Source of the DNA: Actinomycetes bacterium
GTDB lineage: Bacteria; Actinomycetota; Thermoleophilia; Solirubrobacterales; Solirubrobacteraceae
Length of the DNA: 60,531 nucleotides
Reading direction: 5' to 3'
Assembly (NCBI GenBank): GCA_037139015.1
Contig: JBAXHG010000001.1
Location: 1 to 60,531 of the forward strand
Below are positions 1 through 9,350 of the stretch, piece by piece (the stretch's first letter is position 1; each line of letters begins with the position of its first letter). The notes beneath the pieces were generated by a model, which was given only the letters and a program-made list of their open reading frames with translations, ran no database searches and was not told the origin of the DNA. A program made the position numbers and the translations under genes.

Positions 1-491
1 CCGCCCCCGTATGCCACCTCAAACAGCGCTCTGTCGCGCAGCTCCAATGGAGTCGTCGCGGGGATCCGCTCAAGCAGGGCCGCCACATCGTCCTTTCGCA
101 GAACATCCGGCAGCTTCCGGGTGCGCCTCGGCGCTGAAAGCAGCTCGGCAGGGTTCTGTTCGGTTCTGCCATCGGCCATCAAAGTCGCAAAGAAGGAGCG
201 GTAGGAGGCAAGCCGCCTCGCGACGGTCGTTGGTGCCAATCCGTCCGCCGCAATCACTGCCACGTGACGCCGTAGTTCGCGGGCCCCAATTTGATCGGGC
301 TCAACCCCGGCGGCGGTCGCCCACGCCGCAAGGGCCCTTATATCCGTCGTGTAAGCCCTGAGCGTTCGCTGAGCCACCCTTCGCGCATCAAGGCCCGCAG
401 AGAAACGCGTAAGGCTCTGAGCCCAGTCAGAGGAGATCGTCGTGTCATCTGAAACAGCGATAGGGTCAGCCTTAATGGGAGTCTTCTTCAT
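1..491 (-). CDS. xerC: Tyrosine recombinase XerC/XerD family, N-terminal ~163 codons; continues past the left edge
   Basis: Own minus-strand translation from ATG (491-489): MKKTPIKADPIAVSDDTTISSDWAQSLTRFSAGLDARRVAQRTLRAYTTDIRALAAWATAAGVEPDQIGARELRRHVAVIAADGLAPTTVARRLASYRSFFATLMADGRTEQNPAELLSAPRRTRKLPDVLRKDDVAALLERIPATTPLELRDRALFEVAYGG. This is a typical Xer N-terminal core-binding domain. It is not in the ORF track because no stop lies in the window. xerC versus xerD cannot be separated from this fragment. Confidence 0.75.
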   Translation of the reverse strand, partial: MKKTPIKADPIAVSDDTTISSDWAQSLTRFSAGLDARRVAQRTLRAYTTDIRALAAWATAAGVEPDQIGARELRRHVAVIAADGLAPTTVARRLASYRSFFATLMADGRTEQNPAELLSAPRRTRKLPDVLRKDDVAALLERIPATTPLELRDRALFEVAYGG

Positions 492-786
492 TGACACAAG
501 CTCAGGTCAGGTCGCCACGCTCAAGCAGCTCACCGCTGCTGGGATGGATGAACCGGTAACGCCCTGGTTTCGGATCCAAGCCCCAGACGACTCAACCACC
601 CTCTGGCAGGCAGTGCTTGTGAAGGAAACAAAAGGAGTACACATCGGCACATTGACTCTTCGACATGGGGAACACCACTCCCTTCTCCTGAAGTCAGGTT
701 GGCGTGAGATCCCGCCAGAGGACATTGGATCGAGCCTGCCCGGCCATCTTGGGACCGATGCACTCAGCCCTTCCCCCTGGTCCTGA
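442..786 (+). CDS. Hypothetical small protein (114 aa), no recognisable family
   Basis: ORF-track entry with a GTG start preceded by a good SD (aGAGGAGatcgtcGTG). It fills the 316-nt gap between the xerC start and the L,D-transpeptidase stop. The translation looks protein-like (LKQLTAAGMDEPVTPWFRIQAPDD...GTLTLRHGEHHSLLLKSGWREIPPEDI). It overlaps the xerC 5' end head-to-head by 50 nt, so the start or the gene itself is uncertain (alternative ATGs at 475 and 544). Confidence 0.3.
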   Translation: MSSETAIGSALMGVFFIDTSSGQVATLKQLTAAGMDEPVTPWFRIQAPDDSTTLWQAVLVKETKGVHIGTLTLRHGEHHSLLLKSGWREIPPEDIGSSLPGHLGTDALSPSPWS

Positions 787-807
787 GAACCAGAGGCACA
801 AGCCAGC

Positions 808-1848
808 TCAGCTGATGTAGACCGGCGTTCCAAGCGGGACTTGGTCGTACAACCAGATGACATCCACTGGAGCCATGCGGATGCAACCATGCGAGGCCGC
901 AGACCCCAACGAGTCAGCAGCGGACGTACCGTGGATTCCAACGCTCGCAGTGACACCCATCCAGCGTGCCTTAATCGGATTGTCAGGACCCGGTGGAATC
1001 GACTTCCCCGCCAGCGCGCCGGCCCAAGCGCTGTTTGGCACATGCCAGACAGGGTTGGTCTGTTTGTCCTGCACTGAGTAGAGCCCAGCAGGGGTCTCCA
1101 ATCCAGCCATGCCTACAGCAACAGGGAAGGTCCGTACAAGTTTCAGGTGTTTGAACAGGTAGAGCCGATACCCAGACCGGCTGACGGTCACAACGGTCGG
1201 ATACCGGTCAGCAAGACCCTTGGTTCCGCCAGCTGGCTGTACTTCCCGCACGGGAGCTGACACCTTCACCGCAGCTCCGTCCCCTGGCTCCTGGAAGGCA
1301 GCCGTGACAGCTGATGCGAGAGCCGAAGTTCTGACAAGAACACCTGGCGTTCCATTCACTGGTTTCACAGAATCGGGTCCGTACTCAAGGTGTGCCTGCA
1401 CGACCGGGTGATCAGCTCGGGCAGCGACACGCTTGGCGAACGCCCTGATCTTTGGCTCGGACACGGTCACAGATGCGGGAACAGAAGCATTTGCCTGCTC
1501 GCCGCTGAGCGACCGCCATACACGTCGGCCAATCCAACCTGTTCGTCCAATACTGACCGCCTGATCAACTGCGGCCGCGAAGTCGTAACTGACCCCTGCT
1601 CGAGCCGGGCTGAGGTAGAACTTCCTTCCACCAGCCTCAACCTCAACGTTGTGGGAAAGGCGCGGGGCAAGCGATTCCGTGAGCTTCTTGGTTGCAGCTC
1701 TCCGATCCAGCCCTCCCAAGTCAACTCCGCTGACCCTCACACCTTGTGCCACGGTCTCAGCCTGGGATCGGTCATACCCCCACGCAGCTCCGGAAAGAAG
1801 TGCGAGAGCGATGACAGCACCGAGCAGAATCTTTAGTCCCTTGGCCAC
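808..1848 (-). CDS. L,D-transpeptidase (YkuD/ErfK domain) with N-terminal membrane anchor
   Basis: The C-terminal catalytic motif HGT...SHGCIRM (IHGTSAADSLGSAASHGCIRMAPVDVIWLY) is the YkuD signature. N-terminal signal/TM segment: MAKGLKILLGAVIALALLSGAAWG. Confidence 0.85.
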   Translation of the reverse strand: MAKGLKILLGAVIALALLSGAAWGYDRSQAETVAQGVRVSGVDLGGLDRRAATKKLTESLAPRLSHNVEVEAGGRKFYLSPARAGVSYDFAAAVDQAVSIGRTGWIGRRVWRSLSGEQANASVPASVTVSEPKIRAFAKRVAARADHPVVQAHLEYGPDSVKPVNGTPGVLVRTSALASAVTAAFQEPGDGAAVKVSAPVREVQPAGGTKGLADRYPTVVTVSRSGYRLYLFKHLKLVRTFPVAVGMAGLETPAGLYSVQDKQTNPVWHVPNSAWAGALAGKSIPPGPDNPIKARWMGVTASVGIHGTSAADSLGSAASHGCIRMAPVDVIWLYDQVPLGTPVYIS

Positions 1849-1922
1849 CGCGCAAGACTACTTGGACATTCGAGAAGCGCCAGTCCTTTGCAGACACCTA
1901 TGCGTCAGAGACGTGGAAAGCC

Positions 1923-2486
1923 CTAGGTACGGGCTACGGCAAGCAGAGGATCCATCGCAATCGAAAGCTCAGCCCAGTCCGCTGCCACGACAACATCCTC
2001 CGTGGCGCACACGTCCTCATTCCAAGGGTGGAGAAGCGTCGCAGGCCTGATGCCCTCCTCCAACGCTCTGAGGATGTTCACAGGCGAATCGTCAACAAGA
2101 ACATCGATCTCGAGTTCAACACAGCGGGGGATCTTGTCGAACGAGCAGTGAAGATCATCGAACGGCAATTCGATCTGATTTAGCCACTGTTCCGTCGCTT
2201 CCCGCGCATCGTTGGATCGGTGACTCGTGATGTGAATCCAGTGCCCAGCCTCAGCCCAAGCACGTACTGTCTTTACCGCACCGGGATAAGGAACTGCCCT
2301 CAGAACGTTCAGATCGCTGTGGGTCTCCGTGATGATCGCTTTCATCTGTTCAGGCTTCAAGACTCCGATGTTCCAATCACGCTGACCCTCATAGGGCAGA
2401 ACAATGCCGAATCGGTCCCGGGCCACATCGGAGAAGATGTCCCAGTACTGATGAAGCGTTGAGTCAATGTCGATCGCTATACGCAT
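1923..2486 (-). CDS. HAD-superfamily 5'(3')-nucleotidase-like hydrolase
   Basis: N-terminal DxDxT motif (MRIAIDIDSTLH) and distal VDDS motif. Size is ~187 aa. Assignment to the NT5C-like subgroup is by resemblance only. Confidence 0.65.
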   Translation of the reverse strand: MRIAIDIDSTLHQYWDIFSDVARDRFGIVLPYEGQRDWNIGVLKPEQMKAIITETHSDLNVLRAVPYPGAVKTVRAWAEAGHWIHITSHRSNDAREATEQWLNQIELPFDDLHCSFDKIPRCVELEIDVLVDDSPVNILRALEEGIRPATLLHPWNEDVCATEDVVVAADWAELSIAMDPLLAVART

Positions 2487-2497
2487 GCGCGGCCTGC

Positions 2498-4180
2498 TTA
2501 GTGGGTGACTGCGCCAAGTGAGGCGCTGCGAACCTGACCCGCATACTTCTTGAGGACAATCGGCAAGTTCTCTCTGACGGGAGAAACGTAGGAGGCCACG
2601 CGAGTGGCTATCTCCTCATCTGTCAAGGCCACCTCAAGCTTCCTGGCGTCAACGTCAATGGTGATCTCATCCCCGTCGGCCACGGCAGCAATGGGGCCGC
2701 CATGAACGGCCTCGGGCGCAACATGCCCAGCCATGAAGCCATGGGTGGCCCCGGAAAACCTACCGTCAGTCAGAAGGGCCACGCTGTCGCCGAGCCCAGC
2801 TCCGACAAGCGATGCAGTTACGGCAAGCATCTCACGCATTCCAGGTCCCCCAGCGGGCCCTTCATTGCGGATGACAACCACGTCCCCGGCGACGATGACC
2901 CCGCCCTTTTGGGCCGCAGCCATTGCCTGTTCTTCTCCCTCAAATACCTTGGCTGGCCCGACGTGGTGCCGGCGCTCGTGCCCCGAGAGCTTGACAACGC
3001 AGCCCTCCGGAGCAAGGTTGCCCTTGAGGATCGCAATGCCGCCGCTCGTCTTGATCGGATCGGAAAGGGGCCTGACTACTCGCTGACCTTCTGTCTCCAC
3101 TGCCTGAGCAGCATGCTCACCAACGGTGCCACCCGTGACGGTTGGCTGGTCAGCGTGCAGCAGACCGGCCTCGTTGAGTCTCGCGAGAACCAGTGGAACG
3201 CCACCTGCTCGATAAAGATCTGTGGCAACAAACTGACCGCCTGGCTTCAGGTCGCAAAGCATCGGTGTTTTCTCACTGATCCGGTCAAAATCGTCAATGT
3301 CCAGCTCGACTCCTGCCTCATGAGCGAGTGCGAGAAGGTGCAGCACTCCGTTTGTGGAACCGCCACTCATTGCAATTGCCGCGATGGCATTCTCGATGCT
3401 CTTCTTCGTGATGATGTCGCTTGGCCTCTGCCCCCTGGCCAATACATCCATGACCAGTCTTCCGGCCTCAAAGGCCACTTCCGCCTTCGTCGCGTCTTGA
3501 GCCGGGACCATCGCTGAAGCGACTGGACTGATGCCCATAACTTCGAAGGCCATCGCCATGGTGTTGGCAGTGAACTGCCCACCGCACGCTCCCGCGCCCG
3601 GTGACGCTGCGTTCTCTAGCTCAGTGAGGTCCTCGTCAGACATGTTGCCCGCAGCGTGAGTGCCGACGGCCTCAAAAACATCCTGAATTGTGACGTCAGC
3701 ACCTCTGAAGGTTCCAGGATTGATGGATCCTCCATAGAGCATCACCGCTGGCACATCAACCCGGGCAAGGGCCATCACAGTCCCTGGGATGGTCTTGTCG
3801 CAACCTGAGAGGGCAACAATTCCGTCAAACATGTGGCCACGTGCGACAAGCTCAATGGAGTCGGCAATCACTTCGCGGGAGACAAGACTCGTTCGCATCC
3901 CCTCCGTTCCCATAGTGATTCCGTCGGAAATGGCGATGGTGTTGAGCTCCATGGGAGTTCCACCAGCTGCGCGAATTCCTTCCTTCACCTTGGCGGAAAG
4001 AGCCCGAAGGTGAAAGTTGCACGGCATTGTCTCAATCCAGGTTGATGCGACTCCGATGATCGGCTTTGCGAGTGCCTCGTCATCGAAACCGATGCCCTTC
4101 AGATAGGCCCTTGCTGGGGCGCGGTCAGGTCCTTCGGTCAGGACTCGTGATTTGTGCTTCGGATCAAGTGGTGAGGTCAT
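2498..4180 (-). CDS. ilvD: Dihydroxy-acid dehydratase
   Basis: 560 aa. Characteristic IlvD/Edd blocks: [51 protein letters not shown]. Confidence 0.95.
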   Translation of the reverse strand: MTSPLDPKHKSRVLTEGPDRAPARAYLKGIGFDDEALAKPIIGVASTWIETMPCNFHLRALSAKVKEGIRAAGGTPMELNTIAISDGITMGTEGMRTSLVSREVIADSIELVARGHMFDGIVALSGCDKTIPGTVMALARVDVPAVMLYGGSINPGTFRGADVTIQDVFEAVGTHAAGNMSDEDLTELENAASPGAGACGGQFTANTMAMAFEVMGISPVASAMVPAQDATKAEVAFEAGRLVMDVLARGQRPSDIITKKSIENAIAAIAMSGGSTNGVLHLLALAHEAGVELDIDDFDRISEKTPMLCDLKPGGQFVATDLYRAGGVPLVLARLNEAGLLHADQPTVTGGTVGEHAAQAVETEGQRVVRPLSDPIKTSGGIAILKGNLAPEGCVVKLSGHERRHHVGPAKVFEGEEQAMAAAQKGGVIVAGDVVVIRNEGPAGGPGMREMLAVTASLVGAGLGDSVALLTDGRFSGATHGFMAGHVAPEAVHGGPIAAVADGDEITIDVDARKLEVALTDEEIATRVASYVSPVRENLPIVLKKYAGQVRSASLGAVTH

Positions 4181-5298
4181 GGAGTGGAGCCTACCGAGCC
4201 GCCGCCGTGGCCGATGGGCACCCAGCCCCTACCAGGAAGACGCTGGATCATCCCGAGTAGTTCGAGCCGCGTCAGGTCTGACATCACCTCAGCGGATCGC
4301 GGGCCGCCAGAGGAGAGCGCCTCGGTAAGCCCACCGTTGGTCACGAGTCGCCACGCCCCGACGAGCTCCGCCGGAGGAGTGACCGACTGAAGGGGCTGAT
4401 CAAAGCCCAGGGCCTCCGCGAGGCTTTCAGTGGAAATTACTGCCAGTGCTCCGTCTGCAATCAGGGCGTTGCTTCCCGCTGAAACCGGGTCATTGATCGG
4501 GCCTGGGACTGCTGCAACCGTTCGGCCACGGAGTAACGCGGCCTCGGCAGTGTGGAGTGACCCAGACAGGCGGGCTGCCTGAACAACCACCGTCATCTGG
4601 GACAGGGCGGCTATCAGGCGGTTCCTCGCAGGGAACGACCATCTCCAAACCCCAGTTCCACAGGGCATCTCGCTCACGATGCATCCGGCGGCCGAGATCT
4701 CTTCAAAGAGTCGTGCGTTTGACCGGGGATAAACATGGTCAACCCCACCTCCCACAACTGCAACGGTCCGGCCGGACCCAAAACTGAGGGAGCCCTTATG
4801 CGCCTCGGTGTCAATACCAAACGCGAGCCCACTGACAACAACGCACCCCGCCCCTGCTGCTGAGTGCGCCAGCATGCGAGCGGTCGATCGGCCATAAGCG
4901 TTCGCCTTGCGGGCCCCAACAAGAGCGACCGCTCTCCCAGGCGGGGTGCCTGCAATCAGCTTGGAGTCTCCACTGACGGTCAGCACCCATGGCGGCTCTG
5001 GATCCTCAAGCAGACAGGCAGGCCACTCAAACGCTCCTTGGTGACGGCAGGCGCTCGCAAACCGCGAGTCAGAGTCGCTGTCTACTCGACTGGCAAGCAA
5101 AGCCTTCTCCAGCCCGAGATGGAGCTCCCCTTTGCGCCGGCCCCCTATCTCCTCAATCAACTGGTCGGCTGAGAACGAGAGAATCCCCACCGGGCGGGCA
5201 CGCAGTCCGCCCTTCTCCAAATGGTGTCCAACGAGTGCAAGGGCCGTTGAGTTTCTGAGGCACCGGACACATGGGCCTGCAAGAGCATCAGGCATCAC
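4177..5298 (-). CDS. dprA: DNA-processing protein DprA (Smf)
   Basis: Rossmann-like DprA core: [18 protein letters not shown] ... [12 protein letters not shown] ... [15 protein letters not shown]. 4-nt overlaps with comM (5295-5298) and ilvD (4177-4180). Confidence 0.9.
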   Translation of the reverse strand: MMPDALAGPCVRCLRNSTALALVGHHLEKGGLRARPVGILSFSADQLIEEIGGRRKGELHLGLEKALLASRVDSDSDSRFASACRHQGAFEWPACLLEDPEPPWVLTVSGDSKLIAGTPPGRAVALVGARKANAYGRSTARMLAHSAAGAGCVVVSGLAFGIDTEAHKGSLSFGSGRTVAVVGGGVDHVYPRSNARLFEEISAAGCIVSEMPCGTGVWRWSFPARNRLIAALSQMTVVVQAARLSGSLHTAEAALLRGRTVAAVPGPINDPVSAGSNALIADGALAVISTESLAEALGFDQPLQSVTPPAELVGAWRLVTNGGLTEALSSGGPRSAEVMSDLTRLELLGMIQRLPGRGWVPIGHGGGSVGSTP

Positions 5299-6824
5299 AC
5301 GCTCGCCGTTCTTACGCGAAGCCCAAGAGCGTGAATTACATGCTCCGCCTCAACGGGAGCACCTCCAGCCAGGTCAGCAATTGTCCGGGCTACCCGGAGA
5401 ACCCGAAGTCTGCCTCGGGGCGAGATCAAGTTTCGACTGTAGGCCGCCTCCAGCTGCTCCTGAGCCCGAGAGCTGACCGAACCGTGTTGCCTCAGCTGCC
5501 TTTCGCTTGCTTCCGAATTCAGCTCAATCGGCTCACAGCCCCAGCGAACAAGTTGACACTCTCGAGCCTTGGCGACAAGATCTCTTCCCTGCTCGCTCGT
5601 GAGCGATGACGGAGCCTCCCCCTCAGCCCTGAAGTGGTCCGCCTCAGGCCTGCGGGCGGTTGCGAGAATGTCGAAGCGATCAATGATCGGCCCGCTGAGA
5701 CGCCTTGCATGGCGCTCCAGCGTCAGCGGGTCACATGTACACCTCGTCCCATGCCCCGCATGGCCACAAGGGCAAGGGTTGGTCGCTGCAACAAGGCAGA
5801 ACCGCGCTGGAAACTCCGCCCGTCCACCGACCCTGACGATTGTCACCGCACCATCCTCCAGTGGTTGTCTCAAGGCCTCAAGCACGTTCCGGGGGAACTC
5901 GGACAGCTCGTCGAGAAAGAGAACGCCACGGTGGGCCATGGTCACTTCGCCTGGGAGGGGAATACCTCCCCCTCCGATCAGACCGACCATGGACACCGAA
6001 TGATGCGGAGCTCTGAATGGACGCCGGAAGACAAGGCTTGGGTCAACATGCAGCCCCGCAACTGATTGGATCCTTGTCACTTGAAGGGCTTCCTCCTCTG
6101 ACAAGGGAGGAAGGAGACTCGGAAGTCGTCTCGCCAGCATTGTCTTCCCAACTCCGGGTGGGCCTTCCATCAGGAGATTGTGTCCCCCAGCTGCAGCAAT
6201 CAGAAGTGCGCGTACGACTTCATCCTGCCCCCGGACATCCGATAGATCAAGCTCAGTCTGCGTATCTGTCTGCGATACCGCGTGAACATGCCTGTCAGGA
6301 ATGCGGTGTTCCCTTTCACCGGCCAAAACCTCAGCAAGCTCGCGCAAGTCCCTGACTGAACCAACGTTGAGGCCTCGAACCAGAGCAGCTTCGGAGGCCC
6401 GCTCGTCAGCCACAAGGAATCTACTCAGCCCCATCTCACGAGCTCCCTCAGCAGCCGAGAGGGTACCCCGACAGGACTTGATCTCCCCTCCGAGCGAGAG
6501 CTCACCGTAGATCCCCGTGTTCTCAACAGAAAGGAGGGGCACCTGCTCACTCGCGGCAAGGACACCTGCTGCCAGAGCCGCATCGAAACCAGGGCCGGCC
6601 TTCCTGAGACTTGCCGGCGCGAGGTTGGCAACAATGCGCCGGAGCGGGAACTCAAAGCCACTGTTCAGGAGTGCGGCCCGAACGCGCTCGCGCGACTCCC
6701 GGACCGCAGCGTCCCCCAGCCCCACAATCGTAAATGCGGGCAGACCGGGACGCACATCAACCTCTACCGTCACGGGTATGGGCTGCAGTCCCTCCAAGGC
6801 GAATGTTGTAACTCGGGCAAGCAC
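5295..6824 (-). CDS. comM: YifB/ComM family Mg-chelatase-like AAA+ ATPase
   Basis: 509 aa. N-terminal Lon-protease-like domain (MLARVTTFALEGL...VEVDV), Walker A GPPGVGKT, Walker B VLFLDELSEF, C-terminal Zn-like CPCGHAGHGTRCTC. Confidence 0.9.
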   Translation of the reverse strand: MLARVTTFALEGLQPIPVTVEVDVRPGLPAFTIVGLGDAAVRESRERVRAALLNSGFEFPLRRIVANLAPASLRKAGPGFDAALAAGVLAASEQVPLLSVENTGIYGELSLGGEIKSCRGTLSAAEGAREMGLSRFLVADERASEAALVRGLNVGSVRDLRELAEVLAGEREHRIPDRHVHAVSQTDTQTELDLSDVRGQDEVVRALLIAAAGGHNLLMEGPPGVGKTMLARRLPSLLPPLSEEEALQVTRIQSVAGLHVDPSLVFRRPFRAPHHSVSMVGLIGGGGIPLPGEVTMAHRGVLFLDELSEFPRNVLEALRQPLEDGAVTIVRVGGRAEFPARFCLVAATNPCPCGHAGHGTRCTCDPLTLERHARRLSGPIIDRFDILATARRPEADHFRAEGEAPSSLTSEQGRDLVAKARECQLVRWGCEPIELNSEASERQLRQHGSVSSRAQEQLEAAYSRNLISPRGRLRVLRVARTIADLAGGAPVEAEHVIHALGLRVRTASV

Positions 6825-6982
6825 CTCACTAATGAGACAGGACCGATTCCCACAGATCCACCCTCAATTGCACCGAAACAGACTCCAGGGTCCCGAGGCC
6901 TTGCGTTTCCGAACAATGCTGAGACCGATTAGACGCACGGCTTCTGAAACACGGGTCGGGATGACATCTAGCTTCCCCCCTG

Positions 6983-7345
6983 ATGCACTCAAGAGCAAAG
7001 CTTGGAGCACTTGGAGAGGACCACGCGCAAGCTCACTACGAGCGCCTTGGCTACACCGTGATCGCTCGAAACGTCCGCACGCGGTCAGGGGAGCTCGACC
7101 TGATCCTCTGGCATAATCGGGTACTGGTTTTCTCTGAGGTACGAACCCGAATTGCCGGTCCGGTCGACCCGCTTGAGTCCATTGACAGCCGCAAGGCCCG
7201 CCAGGTCAGACGGATGGCATCGGCATGGCTCGCGTCCAACAATGCACCCTGCGGCACCGTGGATATCCGGCTAGATGCAGTAGGGGTCACAGTTGACGCA
7301 AGCTGGGCGCTCCTTAAGCTCACATGTCTCGAAGGCGCCCTCTAG
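6983..7345 (+). CDS. yraN: YraN-family (UPF0102) endonuclease-like protein
   Basis: GEDHAQAHYERLGYTVIARNVRTRSGELDLILWHNRVLVFSEVRTR ... SIDSRKARQVRRMASAWL matches the YraN pattern (G-E..A..yL...G..il.rN.r...GEiDlv......lvFVEVK.R). It is on the opposite strand to its usual partners. No SD precedes the ATG (possibly leaderless). Confidence 0.8.
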   Translation: MHSRAKLGALGEDHAQAHYERLGYTVIARNVRTRSGELDLILWHNRVLVFSEVRTRIAGPVDPLESIDSRKARQVRRMASAWLASNNAPCGTVDIRLDAVGVTVDASWALLKLTCLEGAL

Positions 7346-7356
7346 TTTCAATCTCA

Positions 7357-8118
7357 TCAGGAACCACCATCAAACGAGCTGGAGTTGAACGAGCGTCGAT
7401 GAAGACTGCAAGGCCCAAGCTCGGCTATTGCATCCCGATGTGCCTGTGTGGCATAACCGACATGGGATTCAAACCCATAGCCGGGAAAGTCATCTGCGAT
7501 CGAGACCATGTATTTGTCACGGACTTCCTTGGCGATGATCGATGCAGCAGCAATCGAAGCACTCCGCGCATCACCCTTGATCAGCTTCGTTGAGGACCCC
7601 CACGGGAGTGGCACCTCGAATCCGTCAGTTAGATTCGCCCCAAGAGGCCGACCAATTTTAGCTGTGGCATCTGCGAGAGCTCGGATATTCGTCTTGTGGA
7701 GTCCATCCGAATCAATGACCTGTGATGGGCGAATCGCGATTGAGATAGCAGCTGCGGAGAGGTTGACCGCGTGGAAAAGCGCGGTCCGTCGCTCCCCCTT
7801 TCGCTTCTTCGAATCATCAAGGTCGGAAAGCCTTCGCATGTCCGCCACCGAGAGCCTTGTGTAATCAAAGGCAACCGCTGCGGCGACGAGAGGCCCAGCG
7901 AGACACCCCCTGCCAGCCTCATCGGCACCCACAACCCAGTCAATTCCGAGCTCCCGGTCAAACGCAAACAGAGCTGCGGAACGCTGCTCCGGGGTCTGGC
8001 GCTTAGAAGAGCCCAACCCGACTCGGTGGCCAATAGGTGGCGAATGCAGTTCCAATAACCCATTCCTTGGGAACTGGTCCCCAGAATCTGCTGTCATCGG
8101 ACTGTCCACGGTTGTCAC
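7357..8118 (-). CDS. rnhB: Ribonuclease HII
   Basis: GADEAGRGCLAGPLVAAAV catalytic block, DDSKK motif, DKYMV/GYA tail. The longest ORF overlaps lepB by 116 nt. The true start is probably downstream (for example the in-frame TTG at 8016) and is unresolved. Confidence 0.9.
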   Translation of the reverse strand: MTTVDSPMTADSGDQFPRNGLLELHSPPIGHRVGLGSSKRQTPEQRSAALFAFDRELGIDWVVGADEAGRGCLAGPLVAAAVAFDYTRLSVADMRRLSDLDDSKKRKGERRTALFHAVNLSAAAISIAIRPSQVIDSDGLHKTNIRALADATAKIGRPLGANLTDGFEVPLPWGSSTKLIKGDARSASIAAASIIAKEVRDKYMVSIADDFPGYGFESHVGYATQAHRDAIAELGPCSLHRRSFNSSSFDGGS

Positions 8119-8629
8119 CCATCATGAAGAAAGAGCCGGCTGGGATCTTGATCTCATTCAGTTCGCACTCAGGCCCAGCCCCACAGGCCCGGATGTATGA
8201 AGCTGATTGAAGTTTCCCGTTCACTACCGCGTAGCCACCGTGGACGGAAAGCCGGTCACCTGGACCGGCAACTATCCGCTTGATGAAGGTTTGGGAGGAC
8301 CGCTTCGGCGTTGGCGTGTCGCACGGGAGATGCGACAGCGGGCCGTCATAGAAAGGACCTTGGCCGGGCTTGCCACACTGGCTGGTGTCGGCACCAGTCG
8401 GCGGATGAAACACAACGATGTCTCCGACAGCTGGATCTCCAAGCCCTTGTCCAATCCGATCGACAAGCACTCTTTGTCCGATCGCAAGCGTCGGCTCCAT
8501 CGAGCCGCTTGGAATCCGATAAGGCTTGACAACAAACTGCTGGACCAGAAGAGCGATCCCAACGGCCGATGCGATCACAACTACTAGCTCAATAATCGAG
8601 CCAGCAGTCGAATCGCGTTTCAGTCTCAC
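8003..8629 (-). CDS. lepB: Signal peptidase I
   Basis: N-terminal TM, catalytic Ser box [10 protein letters not shown], Lys box [23 protein letters not shown]. Confidence 0.9.
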   Translation of the reverse strand: MRLKRDSTAGSIIELVVVIASAVGIALLVQQFVVKPYRIPSGSMEPTLAIGQRVLVDRIGQGLGDPAVGDIVVFHPPTGADTSQCGKPGQGPFYDGPLSHLPCDTPTPKRSSQTFIKRIVAGPGDRLSVHGGYAVVNGKLQSASYIRACGAGPECELNEIKIPAGSFFMMGDNRGQSDDSRFWGPVPKEWVIGTAFATYWPPSRVGLF

Positions 8630-9282
8630 GCCTCTGGGGTGTCTTCGGCGGGAGCTTCTTCAGCTTCGCCGGCATCAGCTTCAGCTGCAGGAGCCTCTTC
8701 AGCGGCGAGCTCTTCAGCTGCCTCAGCTACCGGAGCCTCTTCAGCAGCAGGCTCTTCAGCGGCTTCTACGGCAGGAGCCCCATCAATAACGGGTGCTCCA
8801 GCTGATTCTGCATCCGGAACGTCGACCTCAGGAGCTTCCACTCCGGCGGCCTCGACTACGGAGTCCTCAAGCATCGTTCCCTCAGATGGCTTGCTTGGGC
8901 CCTCAAGGAGCTCACGCTGAATTGCCTCTTCAGGACCAAGATCGGTGCGCTCGCGGACGCGGGCCTTGCGGCCGATTCTGTCACGAAGGTAGTAGAGCTT
9001 CGCGCGGCGAACATCCCCGCGACCGGCTACTTCGATCTGCTCAATCTTTGGGGAGTGAAGGGGGAAAATACGCTCGACCCCAACACCGAACGACTGCTTG
9101 CGGACAGTGATTGTCTCGCGAACACCGTGTCCTGCACGGGCGATGACGATGCCCTCAAAGAGCTGGATCCTGCTTCGCGTCCCCTCAACTACCTGGACGT
9201 GAATACGGACACGGTCCCCAGCGTTGATGGATGGAAGACGCTGGAGCTGCTCGCGTTCAAGTTTTTCGATTACGGAACTCAT
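8626..9282 (-). CDS. rplS: 50S ribosomal protein L19 with a ~106-aa acidic C-terminal extension
   Basis: The core [53 protein letters not shown]...[21 protein letters not shown] aligns over its full length with canonical ~115-aa L19. Start moved to ATG 9282 (M17 of the track ORF), with AGAAGG upstream. The tail covers 8629-8946. Confidence 0.9.
   Translation of the reverse strand: MSSVIEKLEREQLQRLPSINAGDRVRIHVQVVEGTRSRIQLFEGIVIARAGHGVRETITVRKQSFGVGVERIFPLHSPKIEQIEVAGRGDVRRAKLYYLRDRIGRKARVRERTDLGPEEAIQRELLEGPSKPSEGTMLEDSVVEAAGVEAPEVDVPDAESAGAPVIDGAPAVEAAEEPAAEEAPVAEAAEELAAEEAPAAEADAGEAEEAPAEDTPEA
8650..8772 (-). repeat. Three imperfect tandem 42/42/39-nt repeats encoding (A/V)xEAAEExAAEEAP inside the L19 tail
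   Basis: Peptide repeats [14 protein letters not shown] / [14 protein letters not shown] / [13 protein letters not shown]. The DNA unit ggagcctcttcagc recurs at 8689 and 8731 on the plus strand. Confidence 0.7.
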
Positions 9283-9350
9283 GAAATGAAAAGGCCTTCT
9301 GTGGACGGTCGACGGCGTCGACGGGAACACAATCGTAGCCGCTGACGGCC

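Noticed and set aside
11-361. 116-aa plus-strand ORF at the left edge (Arg/Pro/Ala-rich).
   Set aside because: It is antisense to the clearly Xer-like minus-strand frame. Its composition is typical of a shadow ORF in GC-rich DNA.
1-491. Tyrosine recombinase considered as the edge of an integrative element.
   Set aside because: The N-terminal domain and its context downstream of the dprA block fit chromosomal XerC/D. No att-like repeats, tRNA or phage genes are adjacent.
507-1043. 178-aa and 77-aa minus-strand ORFs spanning the xerC / L,D-transpeptidase gap.
   Set aside because: They run out of frame through the 3' end of the L,D-transpeptidase gene. Their translations are Arg/Ser/Cys/Trp-rich and not protein-like.
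5295-6824. ComM/DprA considered as a competence island or novel DNA-uptake system.
   Set aside because: These are ubiquitous conserved genes in their standard neighbourhood, and no com/pil genes are nearby.
7051-7323. Minus-strand 90-aa ORF in the orientation expected for yraN.
   Set aside because: Its translation (MSLRSAQLASTVTPTASSRISTV...) has no YraN motifs, whereas the plus-strand frame does.
8526-9110. Plus-strand Ala/Ser/Gln-rich ORFs (8526-8789, 8639-8920, 8793-9110).
   Set aside because: They are mirror images of the low-complexity L19 tail and of the L19 core. No independent coding signal is present.
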